The notes under the pieces were generated by a model. That model saw nothing but the letters and a program-made list of their open reading frames with translations. It made no database searches and was not told the origin of the DNA. Position numbers and translations under genes: made by a program. A stretch of 64,000 nucleotides of DNA from an uncultured Verrucomicrobiae bacterium. GTDB lineage: Bacteria; Verrucomicrobiota; Verrucomicrobiia; Chthoniobacterales; UBA10450. Positions 38,232-50,249 of this stretch are shown here, in pieces. The stretch's first letter is position 1; every line of letters starts with the position of its first letter. The stretch lies in contig CAWFGO010000003.1 of NCBI GenBank assembly GCA_963815455.1, positions 704,001 through 768,000 of the forward strand, written 5' to 3'.

Positions 38232-38711
38232 TTACGCAGCGGCCGCTGTTTCAAACATCGACAGAATCGGCACGTGCTCGCGGTATGGCGTCGCGGCACG
38301 CTCGAAGTGCGCCCGGATCCCGCGCAGTTCCGCAGTGACAAATGCGTCCACAAAATGCAGCCGCCGGTCGAGCCAGGCGAAAAACTTATTCTTGATCTCG
38401 TAATGGAGCGCCAATGTGACTTCGGTGCAGTCCGACAGGATTTCACTGAAATCGATCAGCCCCATCAACTCGATATTGCCGCCCACGGATTCGAAGGCGA
38501 ACTGATTGGGCGAATCACAATCCACCGCCAGGAGGACGGTGTGGGCCTTGAAACCGAACGGACCCCGGAAACTGAAATCCACAGTCTTTGACGAGGTCAC
38601 GGTGGCCTTGGTCACCATAAAAAACTGCCGCCGGTAGGATTGAATGCTGGAGATGCTCTCCTGGCAGTCTTCCAGCGATTGGTTCATGTGTAGGATCTTT
38701 TGTAACAGCAT
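38232..38711 (-). CDS. hypothetical, possible SRPBCC/START-like fold
   Basis: Composition and TEVTLALHYEI strand followed by a C-terminal helix; start uncertain. Confidence 0.45.
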   Translation of the reverse strand: MLLQKILHMNQSLEDCQESISSIQSYRRQFFMVTKATVTSSKTVDFSFRGPFGFKAHTVLLAVDCDSPNQFAFESVGGNIELMGLIDFSEILSDCTEVTLALHYEIKNKFFAWLDRRLHFVDAFVTAELRGIRAHFERAATPYREHVPILSMFETAAAA

Positions 38712-38862
38712 AAGCGTAGGGTTTTGACTCGAATACCCAAGCAACGGAGGTGCCAGGCCAAATTTCCCTGGGGAGCGGTCAAAAACCGGCCCAGTTTTGT
38801 GTAAATTTTCTTTACACTGCTGTAAACTCGTGGACACCTTGGACCCCTTCCAAGGCGATGTC

Positions 38863-39597
38863 TTAGGCGACCTGTTTTACCGAAGCATCCGATGGTTTTG
38901 CGCGATTCGCCGCTATCGCTTGCATCATCGATCGGAAAATTTTGGCGCCGTCAGTGCTGCCGAGCCGCGCGTCGGACGCGCGATCCGGATGCGGCATCAA
39001 ACCAAAGACGTTGCCCTCGCGATTACAAATACCGGCGATGTTCTCAATCGATCCGTTGGGATTTGCCTCGGCGACGACTTGGCCATTGCTATCAGCATAT
39101 CGCAGGATCACCTGCCGGTTTCTATTGAGATCCTCAAGTGTCTTGGCATCGGCAAAAAAGTAGCCTTCGCCGTGCGCTACGGGGAGTCGCAAAAGCGATC
39201 CTTTGGGAGAGCCGTGTGTAAAGGGTGAATCGTCGACTTCCACGCGCGTGGTGACCATATCGCAGACGAATCGCAACGAGCGATTGCGCACCAGCGCTCC
39301 CGGCAACAGACCAGCCTCGCAAAGAACCTGAAAACCGTTGCAAGTAGCAAGCATGAGTTTGCCGTCCCGGGCATCGCTGATCACTGCCTGCATGATCGGC
39401 GAAAAACGGGCAATCGCGCCGCAGCGCAGATAATCGCCATAGGCAAATCCGCCGGGCAACACGATCGCGTCAAACTCCTGCAGCGAGGTCTCCTTGTGCC
39501 ATACGTATTCGGCCTGCAGTCCTTCGATACCGTCAATCGCGGCGACGCAATCCTGATCGCAGTTTGAGCCGGGAAACTGGATGACAGCGAACTTCAT
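38863..39597 (-). CDS. purQ: phosphoribosylformylglycinamidine synthase I
   Basis: [39 protein letters not shown]. Confidence 0.96.
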   Translation of the reverse strand: MKFAVIQFPGSNCDQDCVAAIDGIEGLQAEYVWHKETSLQEFDAIVLPGGFAYGDYLRCGAIARFSPIMQAVISDARDGKLMLATCNGFQVLCEAGLLPGALVRNRSLRFVCDMVTTRVEVDDSPFTHGSPKGSLLRLPVAHGEGYFFADAKTLEDLNRNRQVILRYADSNGQVVAEANPNGSIENIAGICNREGNVFGLMPHPDRASDARLGSTDGAKIFRSMMQAIAANRAKPSDASVKQVA

Positions 39598-39677
39598 CCT
39601 TTATCTCTAGCCTGGCTCAGAACAGAACGCCAGGGAGGCGCGTTGTTTGCGTTACTCCGGGCATCCATGCAACCCCG

Positions 39678-39707
39678 CGGCCGTCTGCGCCAGTGCGCAG
39701 ACGGCCG
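39678..39707. terminator. perfect 13-bp hairpin downstream of the Kelch-protein gene
   Basis: CGGCCGTCTGCGC-CAGT-GCGCAGACGGCCG; no clear U-tract. Confidence 0.45.
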
Positions 39708-39718
39708 AAGAGGAAGCA

Positions 39719-42308
39719 TTACGGCAAAGCCGTGCCGAGGTTGGACTTGATCAGTGAAACGTCTGTGCCGTTGATGGCGCCGTTGGCATTCACGTCCGAG
39801 CGGAAGTTAGTCCCATCAACCCCCTGCGCCGAGTCGCCCTTTGGTCTGCGAAACGTCCGCCGAGCTCACCGCTCCATTACCGTTGCTGTCGCCCACGAGA
39901 GCTCCCATCGAAATCATAACGCTACCGAGATTGACTCCATCGCTCACGTTGGATAGCGCGATGCCAAGTCTCTGTGCGTTCGCCACGCCCGTAAGATTGA
40001 GGGTGACTACGTTACCAACCACGGAGGAGCTGCCGATACTCCCCGCTGTCACCGAAGCCGATCCCACCGTGACGGGATTAGCAAAAGTAACCACGACCTG
40101 GTGCGCCCCCGCGCTGTTGCGGTCCTCAACTCCCACTGCGCCGGTGAGCGCCACCTGAGGCAAACCGACATCGAACGTGCCCGCCCCACCGTGAGTCTTT
40201 CGCGACACCGCGGAACTTACGGTCGGCGCGCTGCCGCCGCAGACTGGATTTGCGATTGAGATGTCATCGATCATCACGCCCACGGCAGCGACGCTGTTGT
40301 CGGAGGCCATGCGCCACCGCAATTGCACGTTCATTCCGTTGGCGGCAGGAGGCATGTTGATCACGCTCGTGACGTACCCTCCGGAGTTGCCGTTCCACGC
40401 ATTTCGCCCGGCGATCGGGCTACCAAAAGCGGTGGAGATCGGTCCGGTATATCCTCCACTGACGAAGGTTCCACCCGCCGTGATGATGTCAGCGAAGGCG
40501 CCGCCGGCGATGCTAATCTCCAGCACCTCGCCGTCGAATGTCGACTCCGTGTTGTAGCTATGCTTGAACGTCAGCGTCGCTCCTCCAGCCGGCACGGCAA
40601 AGACTGGCGAGTCCAAATACATGTCTCCGATATTGCTCGGATCGGGAGCAAACGCCTCGTTTGGCGCGCTGTTCGGCGTGGTCGTCGAGGTCACCCATAG
40701 AACTCCGGCAATGTTTGAAGGGCCGAGCGATGTCGTCCATCCAGCCGGCAACGCCGGAGCCACCACCCCATCAAAGTTTTCCGCGAAAGCAGTAGCGGAA
40801 CTGCCGGTGACGAATGTATAGTTGAGATTACCGTAGTCGGTTGCCCCGTCCATCATATGCACCGTGGCGGTCACGGTGCTGCCGCAGGGCAGGGCCGGAT
40901 CGACCGTGAAGGTGAAGCTGCGAAACACTGCCGGGCTACCCGAGCAAACCGCTCCGTAGTTCTGAGGCCCGGACGGCATCGTTACGCCGCCGGTTGCCTG
41001 CAGGGTGCCGGTCAGTGCCGACGTACAGACTACGCCCGGTCCTCCAACGTTCAGCGCACCGAACGAGACAGAGACGCTTTCATTTGGATCGAGGACTCCA
41101 TTGGGGCCCGCCGAGTCAATGGCTTTACCACCATTGCTGATAATATTTGTCGGCGTGTTAAGGCAGAGCAATTTCTGATTGTCGGTCGTGCCTTGAAAGG
41201 CATCGCAAACTCCCACCGACGTGCAGCGTCCACCCACGACGTAGAAACTACTGCCCAACACCGCACCAGTCATACGGGATCGCGCCGCCAACATATTAGG
41301 CAGCATTTGCCAGGTATCGGTCGCCAGGTCATAAGAAATGGCCGTATTGGAAATATTTGCCGTGACACTTCCGTTGACATAGCCGCCGGCCAGGACGGCG
41401 TCTTGATAAAGAGCCGTGGCTGCGCCCCACCGGGTCTGGGGCAGGTCGGCAATGGCCGCGTCGCTCCAGGTATTTGTCGCCGGATCGTAACGATAAGTCT
41501 TCAAGGAGGCGGCTGATCCTACGCTTTGAATACCACCGGCGGAATAAATAAAGCCTCCCTGGGTCCAGCCGCTGGTGAAACTAATCAAAATCGGATAGGC
41601 CGCGCCGCTAGACCAGGTATTGGACCCGACGTCATAAATTTCCAACGCTTGGGCCGAAGCGGTTGAGGGACCGGTGCCGCACCACTTATAGATCTTCCCG
41701 CTCAGATAAACCGCCGAATGGTTCCACGTCCCCACGCTAAATGGAGCCAGCGTCGAATAGGTATTTGACGCGACGTTATATCGCCACAACGTCGTTTGAG
41801 GTGTGCCCGTGCCGGTTAACGCGCCACCCAGAATGTAGCAATCGATTCCGTCGGTCACTGCGGCCGGAAACTCGACGGCCGCCGGTAACGGAGCGATCGG
41901 CGTCCACGTCGTGCCATCAAATTTGAAGGAAGCCGCGGAAATCGCGCCGCCTTGAACGCCACCGAAGAGGTACATATTGCCGCCTACCGTCACCGTCGGG
42001 GCGTCGAGCAACAGAGCCGGCGCCGCTGTTGCGCTGCTCCAGGTGCAATTAAAAAGCGTATCTCCGCCGGCGGATTCCGGGGCTCCCCCCGCAACTTTGC
42101 CAGTCGAAACGGGAGAAACTGGTTGTGCGTTAATGCCTCCTTTTTGAGCTTCGTGTAAGCTGGCAGCGGGCGACACGCTGAGAGCATTCATCTCCTTGGG
42201 TTTCTCGGCGCGCGGTTGCGCCAGCCCAGGCATGGCGTGGAAAAGATAAACGGGCAGAACTATGGAAAGGACAGCCCCCCAAACAAACAGTGTTTTGTGC
42301 TTAGTCAT
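39719..42308 (-). CDS. secreted Kelch-repeat protein with C-terminal SRKTHG/dockerin-like module (frameshift near 39825)
   Basis: Signal peptide; Kelch repeats (MYLFGG, YILGG, YDPATNTW); shifted frame ends NFRSDVNANGAINGTDVSLIKSNLGTALP*. Confidence 0.8.
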
Positions 42309-42600
42309 ATTGATTCTCCTGTGGTTATTGTCTGAGATTGCCGAATGCGCCGGCCTGCACCCGCTGAGGCGCCTTCTCTCCCAAAGAGCCCGCAAAAAGA
42401 AAATGCGTGCATGCAATCTGTTATTGTCACGAATTGTCACGAGGCTATTTGGACTAACCGCCGCGTGTCAATCCTTTTTGTGTGACAAACCGATCGCGGG
42501 AAGAGGCGAAACGCTATCCAAACTACGGGGCGCTTCTTCGGGCTAAACTGCGATTCTAGATCGCACGTTCCGCCAGCAAAAGATCGCGTACCCCGCTGCC

Positions 42601-45600
42601 CTAAGGCAATGCCGTCCCGATATTTGCTTTTACCTGCGCGGTATCCGTGGCGTTGATCGTGCCGTTAGCATTGACGTCGGAACGGAAATTCGTTCCATCG
42701 ATCAATTGACCGATCCGGGATTTGACCTGCGAAACGTCGGCTGAATTTACCGAACCGTTTCCGTTGGAGTCGCCGATCAGCACGCTCATCGGAATCACCA
42801 CATTGCCGGAACCGTTCACGCCAAAGAGCGTAACATTGATTGTTTGGGCATTCGTGACACTGGTGAGCGGCACGGTCACGGTATTTCCGCTGACGGTGAC
42901 CATTCCGCCATTGCCAACACCTCCGCTTCCAATATTGCCGCTGCCAGAGGTGACCTGGGCCTGCGGACTCCCGGTCACACTGACCGAACCAGCGAAAGTA
43001 GCGACGATCTGATAATCGCCAGTTGCACCGCCGTTACGACACTCAATTCCCGGTGTGCCAGACAAGGGAAGATTGACATCGAAATCCCCGGCCGCTCCGT
43101 GAGTTTTGCGCGACACAACGCCGGTTGGCACTGTCACTTGGATCGGACCGGAAGGCAACGGCCAGGCGAAAGCGCCACGCCCGCGGGTCCAGAGCGAAAG
43201 CGCGGTCGAGCCGCGATCGATTTGCATGTCCCAGATCATCACGTTGGGCACACCGTTGTTGAAGCGATACCACGCGGGTGACGCCACCGTGACATCGTCG
43301 GTGTAGTAAAGCCCGAAGTCCGTGCCCGCGAAAACCTGCTGCGGAAAGTTCGGATTCACGATGATCGAATCGACGGGAATATTCGGCAGGTTGCCGGATT
43401 TATCCTGCCAGGTGGACGAAGCGCAGTTGGCGTCGCAGACAACCCGGAAAACGTGGCCCGGGGTCGAAGGCGTGTTCTCGTTGAAGCCGCCTACTGCCGC
43501 ATAGCCGATTGGAGTATTCGCAGCCGCCACCGAAGGATCGAGCGCGATGTTGAGGACGGGGCGGTTGGGCAGGATGGCATTCCCAGCCGTCACGTTTACC
43601 CAGTTGGCTTGGCTCGCAACGCCCGTGCCCAGGTTAAACCCGATCCAGGCATTCCCATCGTTGGTGCCGAGCATCGCCACGCTTTGGTACTTCGGCGAAT
43701 ACTTGATCTGATTGATAAACGAACGGTTCCCAAGCGTCTGCTTGGTCATGTTCTGAGTCGTTGGAGTGTTGGTAACGACCCATGTGTTGGTAGCCGTAGC
43801 GCCGGTGATCGTTTCCCACACTCTGGTTGTTCCGGCAATGAGGTGGCCACAACCCGTCGTCGCACCGGCAGGGCCGCAATCATCGCCGCCTGGAATGCCA
43901 CCGTGAAAAAGGTCCCACGGCAAAATGAAAGACTGGGTGTCACCGGTCCACGAACCTCTTCTGCTGGTCCAAGAAGCGCCGGATGCGGTGCAGTTGCTGG
44001 TGCATCGGCTCAGACCGCCGCTGTTATTGCCTTCCCAAAAGCGCAGACTCGTTCCTGTTCCCACCGGATCGATCCGGGCAAAGAATCCATCGCCGCCCAG
44101 ACCCTCCTGCCACTGCACCGGTCCGGTTGGGCTGCCCGAAAATGAAACTGAGCTGGGGCCGTTATCCTGGGCGCCGCCGACGGCTTGCGGATTAGCCGAT
44201 GTGGCGAAGTTGCCGCTGATGTCTCCGGAATAAAACTCAATCGTGTTTATTCCGTTATCCATGTTGACCCACGTGTTCCTGGTAACTCCGATAACCGCCG
44301 CGTCGGCATTACTGCTTGAAAAAACGCCGCCGTCGCTGCCCTTCAGCAGGATGCTCGACGAGCCGGACACAAACGCGAGCGCGTGCTGGTCAACGTGGAC
44401 GACATTGCCACCGCTATAGCCGCAGGTCAGATCGTAGAAGGCAACGCCGGTGCGGCTGGCCAGCCACACGTCGAAAGTATCGACAAATATTCGATCCGGA
44501 TTGTTCGGATCGACAGCGATTCCCTGGTCGTACCAATTCTGCGGGTAATCACCTGCCCCGCCTGAGCAATTCAGGAGCGAGCCCCCGGCCGAGCCGGTCA
44601 TGAAGCCCCAGGTGGTGCCGCCGTCTGTGGTAGCCCAGACACCAAGCTGGCAACCGTTGGCGCTCCCGCAACCGCTGTCACTGTTAGGGGCAATGGAAGC
44701 CACCTGCGCGTAGATGTAATTTGGATTGCTCGGCGCCACGGCGATGTCGATCCGGCCAAGTTGGGTGCCAGTGCTGGTGCTGACATACGGCGCGCCGCTT
44801 CCCGCGTTCATGTTTGCCCCCGTTGCGTAGGGGCTGCCGCTGGCCATGAGTCCGAACACAAATCCATTGTCATTGCGGCTAATCAAAGTGAAATCGGAGG
44901 GACAACCGCTGGCGGGCACGGTGCCTTTGTAAAGACCGTTCGCTCCGTTCTGATCGAGACCGATCTGCACCGTTGTGGCAAACCCGCGGACACCGACCGC
45001 CGCGACGATGCGTGTCACTCCCCCACCCATGTTGGTCAACTCGAGGCCGGTAATGTCCTGTCGCTGCGTGCTGAAATTATTTGTCGTGCAGGGCCCGGTC
45101 CAGTTATTGCCACCATCGTAGGAAAAATAGAGCCCGGTCTTTGTCCCGGCGACCACTCTGTTGCTGTTGTTCGGATCGACACGCACTTTGCCGACCGCCT
45201 GATATTGCGGGAAGGTCCCCGGCGGCAACGAGAACGATGGACCGAAAACGGTGGCGCCCTGCACAATCCAGGTTGCGCCGCCGTCCGTGGATTTTAATAT
45301 GCCCTGGGAGCCGAACGAAAACGATCCGTAGTTCAAATCGCCCGTGCCAGCGTAGATTGTGTTGTGGTCGTTCGGATCGATCACGATGGTATCGACCGAC
45401 GTGGTGCTGATCAGTGCGTCGTCGGTGAGCACAGTCCAACTGGTATTAACGTTGCAACAGTTCGTCGTTTTCCAAACGCCGCCGCCGTCCGTAGCAATGT
45501 AGGCAACGATTGAGCCATTGGTCGTCGTGGTTGGGTCGACCGCGATAGCGTTCACGCGCCCCTCGGTTTTTCCGTAATCAAAACAGCCACTACAGCCGGT

Positions 45601-45999
45601 CATCCGTTCAGGCTGAGGCCCTAGCGCGGTGAAGGCATTAACATCGAGTTGAAGCGGCGCGTTTTTACCTCGCCTAAGGTTCGCCGCCCTTACCCCAAGC
45701 GGAATTCGCCGCTCAATGCGAGCGTCCTGGGTCGCCGCGCGACGAATCCACTCAGGATTGAAAACGCCGGTCGGATAGGTCACGCGGTTGTGCCATTCCG
45801 CTTCCATGCGATCCAGGTCGTCCACTCTGCCATCCGGGACTGGCATATAGCGCAGGCGCTGATCAACCGGACCAGTTTGGCGTAATGACAGTCCGCCAAA
45901 ACTCAAAATTGCCAGGAGGATGCCGGCCGAACCGACGGCAAGACCGAGCACAAAGCGTAGATTTACGAACGCTGTTCTAGGGACGGATTTCTTCTTCAT
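42601..45999 (-). CDS. secreted BNR/Asp-box beta-propeller protein with dockerin-like C-terminal module
   Basis: KSTDGGATW, SYDGGNNW, TTDGGTTW, HVDQHA, GGAQDNG, GGDG; terminal paired DxNxNG loops. Confidence 0.82.
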   Translation of the reverse strand: MKKKSVPRTAFVNLRFVLGLAVGSAGILLAILSFGGLSLRQTGPVDQRLRYMPVPDGRVDDLDRMEAEWHNRVTYPTGVFNPEWIRRAATQDARIERRIPLGVRAANLRRGKNAPLQLDVNAFTALGPQPERMTGCSGCFDYGKTEGRVNAIAVDPTTTTNGSIVAYIATDGGGVWKTTNCCNVNTSWTVLTDDALISTTSVDTIVIDPNDHNTIYAGTGDLNYGSFSFGSQGILKSTDGGATWIVQGATVFGPSFSLPPGTFPQYQAVGKVRVDPNNSNRVVAGTKTGLYFSYDGGNNWTGPCTTNNFSTQRQDITGLELTNMGGGVTRIVAAVGVRGFATTVQIGLDQNGANGLYKGTVPASGCPSDFTLISRNDNGFVFGLMASGSPYATGANMNAGSGAPYVSTSTGTQLGRIDIAVAPSNPNYIYAQVASIAPNSDSGCGSANGCQLGVWATTDGGTTWGFMTGSAGGSLLNCSGGAGDYPQNWYDQGIAVDPNNPDRIFVDTFDVWLASRTGVAFYDLTCGYSGGNVVHVDQHALAFVSGSSSILLKGSDGGVFSSSNADAAVIGVTRNTWVNMDNGINTIEFYSGDISGNFATSANPQAVGGAQDNGPSSVSFSGSPTGPVQWQEGLGGDGFFARIDPVGTGTSLRFWEGNNSGGLSRCTSNCTASGASWTSRRGSWTGDTQSFILPWDLFHGGIPGGDDCGPAGATTGCGHLIAGTTRVWETITGATATNTWVVTNTPTTQNMTKQTLGNRSFINQIKYSPKYQSVAMLGTNDGNAWIGFNLGTGVASQANWVNVTAGNAILPNRPVLNIALDPSVAAANTPIGYAAVGGFNENTPSTPGHVFRVVCDANCASSTWQDKSGNLPNIPVDSIIVNPNFPQQVFAGTDFGLYYTDDVTVASPAWYRFNNGVPNVMIWDMQIDRGSTALSLWTRGRGAFAWPLPSGPIQVTVPTGVVSRKTHGAAGDFDVNLPLSGTPGIECRNGGATGDYQIVATFAGSVSVTGSPQAQVTSGSGNIGSGGVGNGGMVTVSGNTVTVPLTSVTNAQTINVTLFGVNGSGNVVIPMSVLIGDSNGNGSVNSADVSQVKSRIGQLIDGTNFRSDVNANGTINATDTAQVKANIGTALP

Positions 46000-46208
46000 T
46001 GTGGTGATTGAGTTGTGGCGGCGAGAGATTTTTGCCGGCGCAAATGCTATGGCAAACGACCAGTGAATGTCACGCATTTAGTGAACCAAATGCGGTATCA
46101 ACAAGCCGCGGTCGCGACAGACATCCGGGCATTCGAAAGCCAGATTCGCATTCGTCTGCGTTTCTCGCGCAGACTGGGCATTTCTGGTCCCACGAATCCC
46201 AACGATCC

Positions 46209-46445
46209 TCAGGATTTGATCAGTTTATAATCCTCGATCACCGGGTTCGACAATAAATCGCGGCAAAGATCGTGCAGCCGTTTTTCAAGATCGACATCGT
46301 CCCCCTCGGCCTCGATTTCCATGTATTTGCCGATCCGGACGCTGCGTACTTCGGGCATTCCCAAATGCCGCATCGCATCGCGCACCGCATTCCCCTGCGG
46401 ATCGAGCACTGCAGCTTTCGGCATCACGACCACTTTTGCTTTCAT
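46209..46445 (-). CDS. purS: phosphoribosylformylglycinamidine synthase subunit PurS
   Basis: MKAKVVVMPK..VLDPQG..VRIGKY..LLSNPVIEDY. Confidence 0.93.
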   Translation of the reverse strand: MKAKVVVMPKAAVLDPQGNAVRDAMRHLGMPEVRSVRIGKYMEIEAEGDDVDLEKRLHDLCRDLLSNPVIEDYKLIKS

Positions 46446-46533
46446 TGCTTCACCATATTTGCCGCTTACGGCATGAACAAGCGCAATTCCAGAACCATAA
46501 CACCGTTGATTGTTCAGGGTCGCAATGCGCAAA

Positions 46534-46562
46534 GGGCGGGCAAGGTCTTACCTCGCCCGCCC
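46534..46562 (-). terminator. putative intrinsic terminator
   Basis: GGGCGGGC(G)AGGT-AAG-ACCT(T)GCCCGCCC followed by TTT on the minus strand. Confidence 0.55.
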
Positions 46563-46594
46563 CGCAGTTTCGCAAGGGAAATGTGCGCTGTTTT

Positions 46595-49500
46595 TTAGGG
46601 CAACCCAGTGCCTATCGATGCTTTAACGATCGCCACGTCCGTGGCATTGATCGCGCCATTGGCATTCACGTCCGAACGGAAGTTTGTTTCCGAAACCGGC
46701 TGACCGACCCGTGATTTAGTTTCGGCAAGGTCGCTGGAGGTCACCGTTTTCACCGAGCCACTGCCATTGGTGTCGCCCAAGAGCCGGCTCATGGGAATAA
46801 TCAAATTGCCGGTGGCTTCCGGACTATCGCTGACTCCATTTAGGCTAACGAGGATGGTCTGGGCATTGGCCACATTCGTAAGCGGAATCGTCACGGTGTT
46901 TCCGCTAACGGTCACCATCCCACCATTTGCAACTCCACCGCTTCCCACCACTCCGGCTCCAGAAGAGACCTGGGCTTGCGGACTTCCCGACACCGTAACC
47001 GTACTGCCGAAGGTTACGACTATCGTGTAGTCATTGCTCGCGCCGCCAGTGCGGCATTCGATCCCAGGTGTACCACTGAGAGGGAGCGCAATGTCGAAAT
47101 TGCCCGCTCCGCCGTGCATCTTTCGCGAGACTACACTCGTCGTCGCCGGGGCCGCGCAATTAGTCGAACAGACTCGTTGCGCGATCGCCACATTGTCGAT
47201 CCTCCAGCCAACGTGGGTCACGGAATTATCCGAGCCCATTCTCCAGCGGAACTGCACCGGCATTCCGATGCCTGCAACCGGCAGATTGACGGCGACGCTA
47301 ACGAAGCCACCGGTAATGCCGCTCCAGCATGGCCGGCTCGGCAACAGCGGATTTGAAAAGGCGGTGTTTATCCCGGTATGATCATAACCACCTGTGACGA
47401 AGCTGCCTCCCGCGGTAAGGATGTCTACCCAGCCCCCACCATTAATGTTGATTTCCAGCACACCGGCGTCGTAGGCCGTCGTCGCGCTCTGCGCCTCAAG
47501 ATCGTAGTTCTGTCGGAACATCAGCTGCGATCCTCCCGTGTACATCACGACCGGCGTGTAGATCCGATTATCGAGCAGATTAGCGGGATCCTGCGTGAAA
47601 GCCGCATTTGGCAGACTGTCGGCCACTGGTACGGGACTGCCCGAGTTGGAAGTAACCCAAAACGGGAATCCTCCGGCGTTAACTCCCTGGTCCGCCGTCC
47701 ACCCGGCTGGCAACGCCGGCGCAACAACGCCATCGAAATTCTCCGACAACGTGGCGGCTAACGCCCCCAGGGTGAAACTGTAAGTCTGGGTACCGAGATC
47801 CGTCGCGCCATCCTGGAAGTGAACGCTGGCGGTGACAGTGCCACCGCACGCCCCGCTGGCGGTGAAGGTAAAGGTACGACAAACCGCACTGCCGCCAGCC
47901 ACAACCACACCATAATTCTGCGGACTGCCCGGATTGGTCACTCCTCCCGACGCTTGGAGCGTACCGACCAGGTTAGCGGTGTTCCCTCCACCGGTATTCT
48001 GCACACAGAGGCTCACCGCGACAGTTTCGCCCGGATCAATCGCGCCATTGGGAGGGGAACATCCCTCAGCCTGAATCGCGCTCGTCGTCGCCCCTATCGT
48101 AGGCGCGCCGACAATACACGGCGAAACATTCGTGATGCCGCCATCCGAGACGCTAAAATTTCCTGTCGCTGTGCTGAACGTGTCCTTCGTGACACTGTAA
48201 GTATGCATTCCGGGGGCAAGAACTGCGTCGTAAGTGCCGTTGGCCAGCGTGCCTCCGTACACTGCTCCGTCGATGGAGACGACAGCGCCTCCCAAATTGG
48301 CGCCGCCGCAGATTGTCACGTTGAAGTGGGCCGTGCCTTTGGGCGGCGCGGTGCAGCTTGCGAACTTGAACGCACCGGCTCGCAAGACCCAGCCCCGATC
48401 GCTTGTAGTCGGAACCCACTCGTTGACGTGCCAGAAAGTATAATCGTCCGTCGGGTCAACCGTTGTGCTGGTATAATCGCCCCAACGATTTCCACCACCG
48501 GTCTCTGAACCCGTGCCGACGATAATTGATGCCTCCCCTTGCGGCATCGTGCCGAGTGGGTCGCCAACCAATCTTCCGGTATAGGAAACGCCGGGGAAAA
48601 CCGTGGCACTGGAGACACTATAGCCCAGCGCCATATTGCCTTGATTATCCTCAGTGATACTGCCCATCCAACGATGAATTCCATCTGTTAGTCCGGGCGC
48701 ATACGTCCCCTCCTGGAAGATCACCGGACTGCTGTTCGGGCTGCGCAGTTCCCACCACCGAATCCCGGACACTTCCCCGCCTGGCCCCGTGCCAGCGGAC
48801 ACCGATTGGTTCGTGACGATCGATTCGTAGGAGCCAAAATTACGATAGGCAGCGCGGTGTAACGGACGTTGGCGATAACCGAGATGATCGATCCGGTTCG
48901 CAGTACTCGGCTGCGGAATGCAATTCCGAGAGCCGCCGCACAAAGCGAGGATCGAATTGAATGGAGCTACCGGGACCGTATTGGTTAAGCCGAAACTCGA
49001 CAGACCCGGGTTCACAAAATTGATGACGAACTTCCATAACGTCAGCGCGTCCGATGGCGCGCCGTACGGTCCGTTATCATCCATCGAGCCGACGAAGTAG
49101 GCGGGATTGCCCGCTGGCGGAAGGGTCATACCGTCGAAGTCCACTGGCAGCAACCCGTCGCCGACGTTGGCGCCTGCGCCAACCGGTGGCGCCAGAAACG
49201 AGATGACCTGCGGATTGGGATTGCCGGACAGGACCTGGGCACGATTGATCGCGTATGCCCCGACCCCGGCAAAACTTGAGCCGCCGGCGAATTCGCGCGT
49301 GCTGATCAGATACGCATTCGGCCAAATGCCGTTACTTGGGATAATCCGGAAAGTTGTTTCCCGTGGTAATGGCGTACCGATAATACGATCCAGTGGGATC
49401 GGGAGTCGTCGAAACGGCAACGCAGTTGTAATAGGTCGGTCCGGCCGAGGTAAACTGCGAGAGCAACCAGCGATCGGCCAACTGATCATAGAGAACAACC

Positions 49501-50060
49501 GGATCACCAGAGTTCTCCGTCTGACAGGGACCGCCAAACCCGCCCCAAAGCGTATTGTTGGACGCCGGACCGAACACCGAAGTGCCGGCCTTATTATAGA
49601 TCTGGAAACTTAGGTTCGACATCATCACCACGTGATTGGGTCCGACATCTCCGTTCGGGTCGGGAGGCGCGACGCCGCTGCTATTGCTGGGACCGTTAAA
49701 GGTGACGATCGGAGTGGGTATCGCGAGACCGCGTCCAACCGCTGACTGAACCACCGGATCCTTTTGAAAAATCGCACGCAAAACGCGAGGCACGATGTCG
49801 CGGTCTTCGTTCTCACGCAGTTTGCCTGGACCAGGCGGTATCAGTTGCATATCGCGCAAGGCCGGGGAGACATCAAAGTGCGCAATAGGGGACAAACCGC
49901 GAAACACGGCCACACTGGGTGCGTCGGGTTTGAGTATTCCCTTGGGTCTCGTCTGGGCCGAAGCGAAAAAGACGAGGCCGGCTCCCATAGACAGGAAGGC
50001 GACCGCGATTAGGACACGGAGATTAAAAAATGCGGATTGATTGGCGGATCTCTTTTTCAT
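46595..50060 (-). CDS. large secreted protein: PPD..VGPN/RWGDY domain, CarboxypepD-like and beta-sandwich domains, dockerin-like module (frameshift near 49335)
   Basis: ORF 49332-50060 ends FPDYPK and ORF 46595-49537 resumes GIWPNAY, matching the intact paralogues. Confidence 0.8.
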
Positions 50061-50249
50061 AGGAAGTCTTTCGAACGAGGAGCAAGATCGTCTTGCCTCA
50101 GCGCGAGGCTAGATCAAAGGCCTAATCGATGTCACGCCTTTTTTTTGCGAGAGGCGCCAGGATGCGAACGTCGTTCGCGAGCGACGGCCGAGCACGGGCC
50201 AAGGGTATGGCCGTGCCGGCTCCGCTCTTCCCCGAAGAATTGTTAGGCG

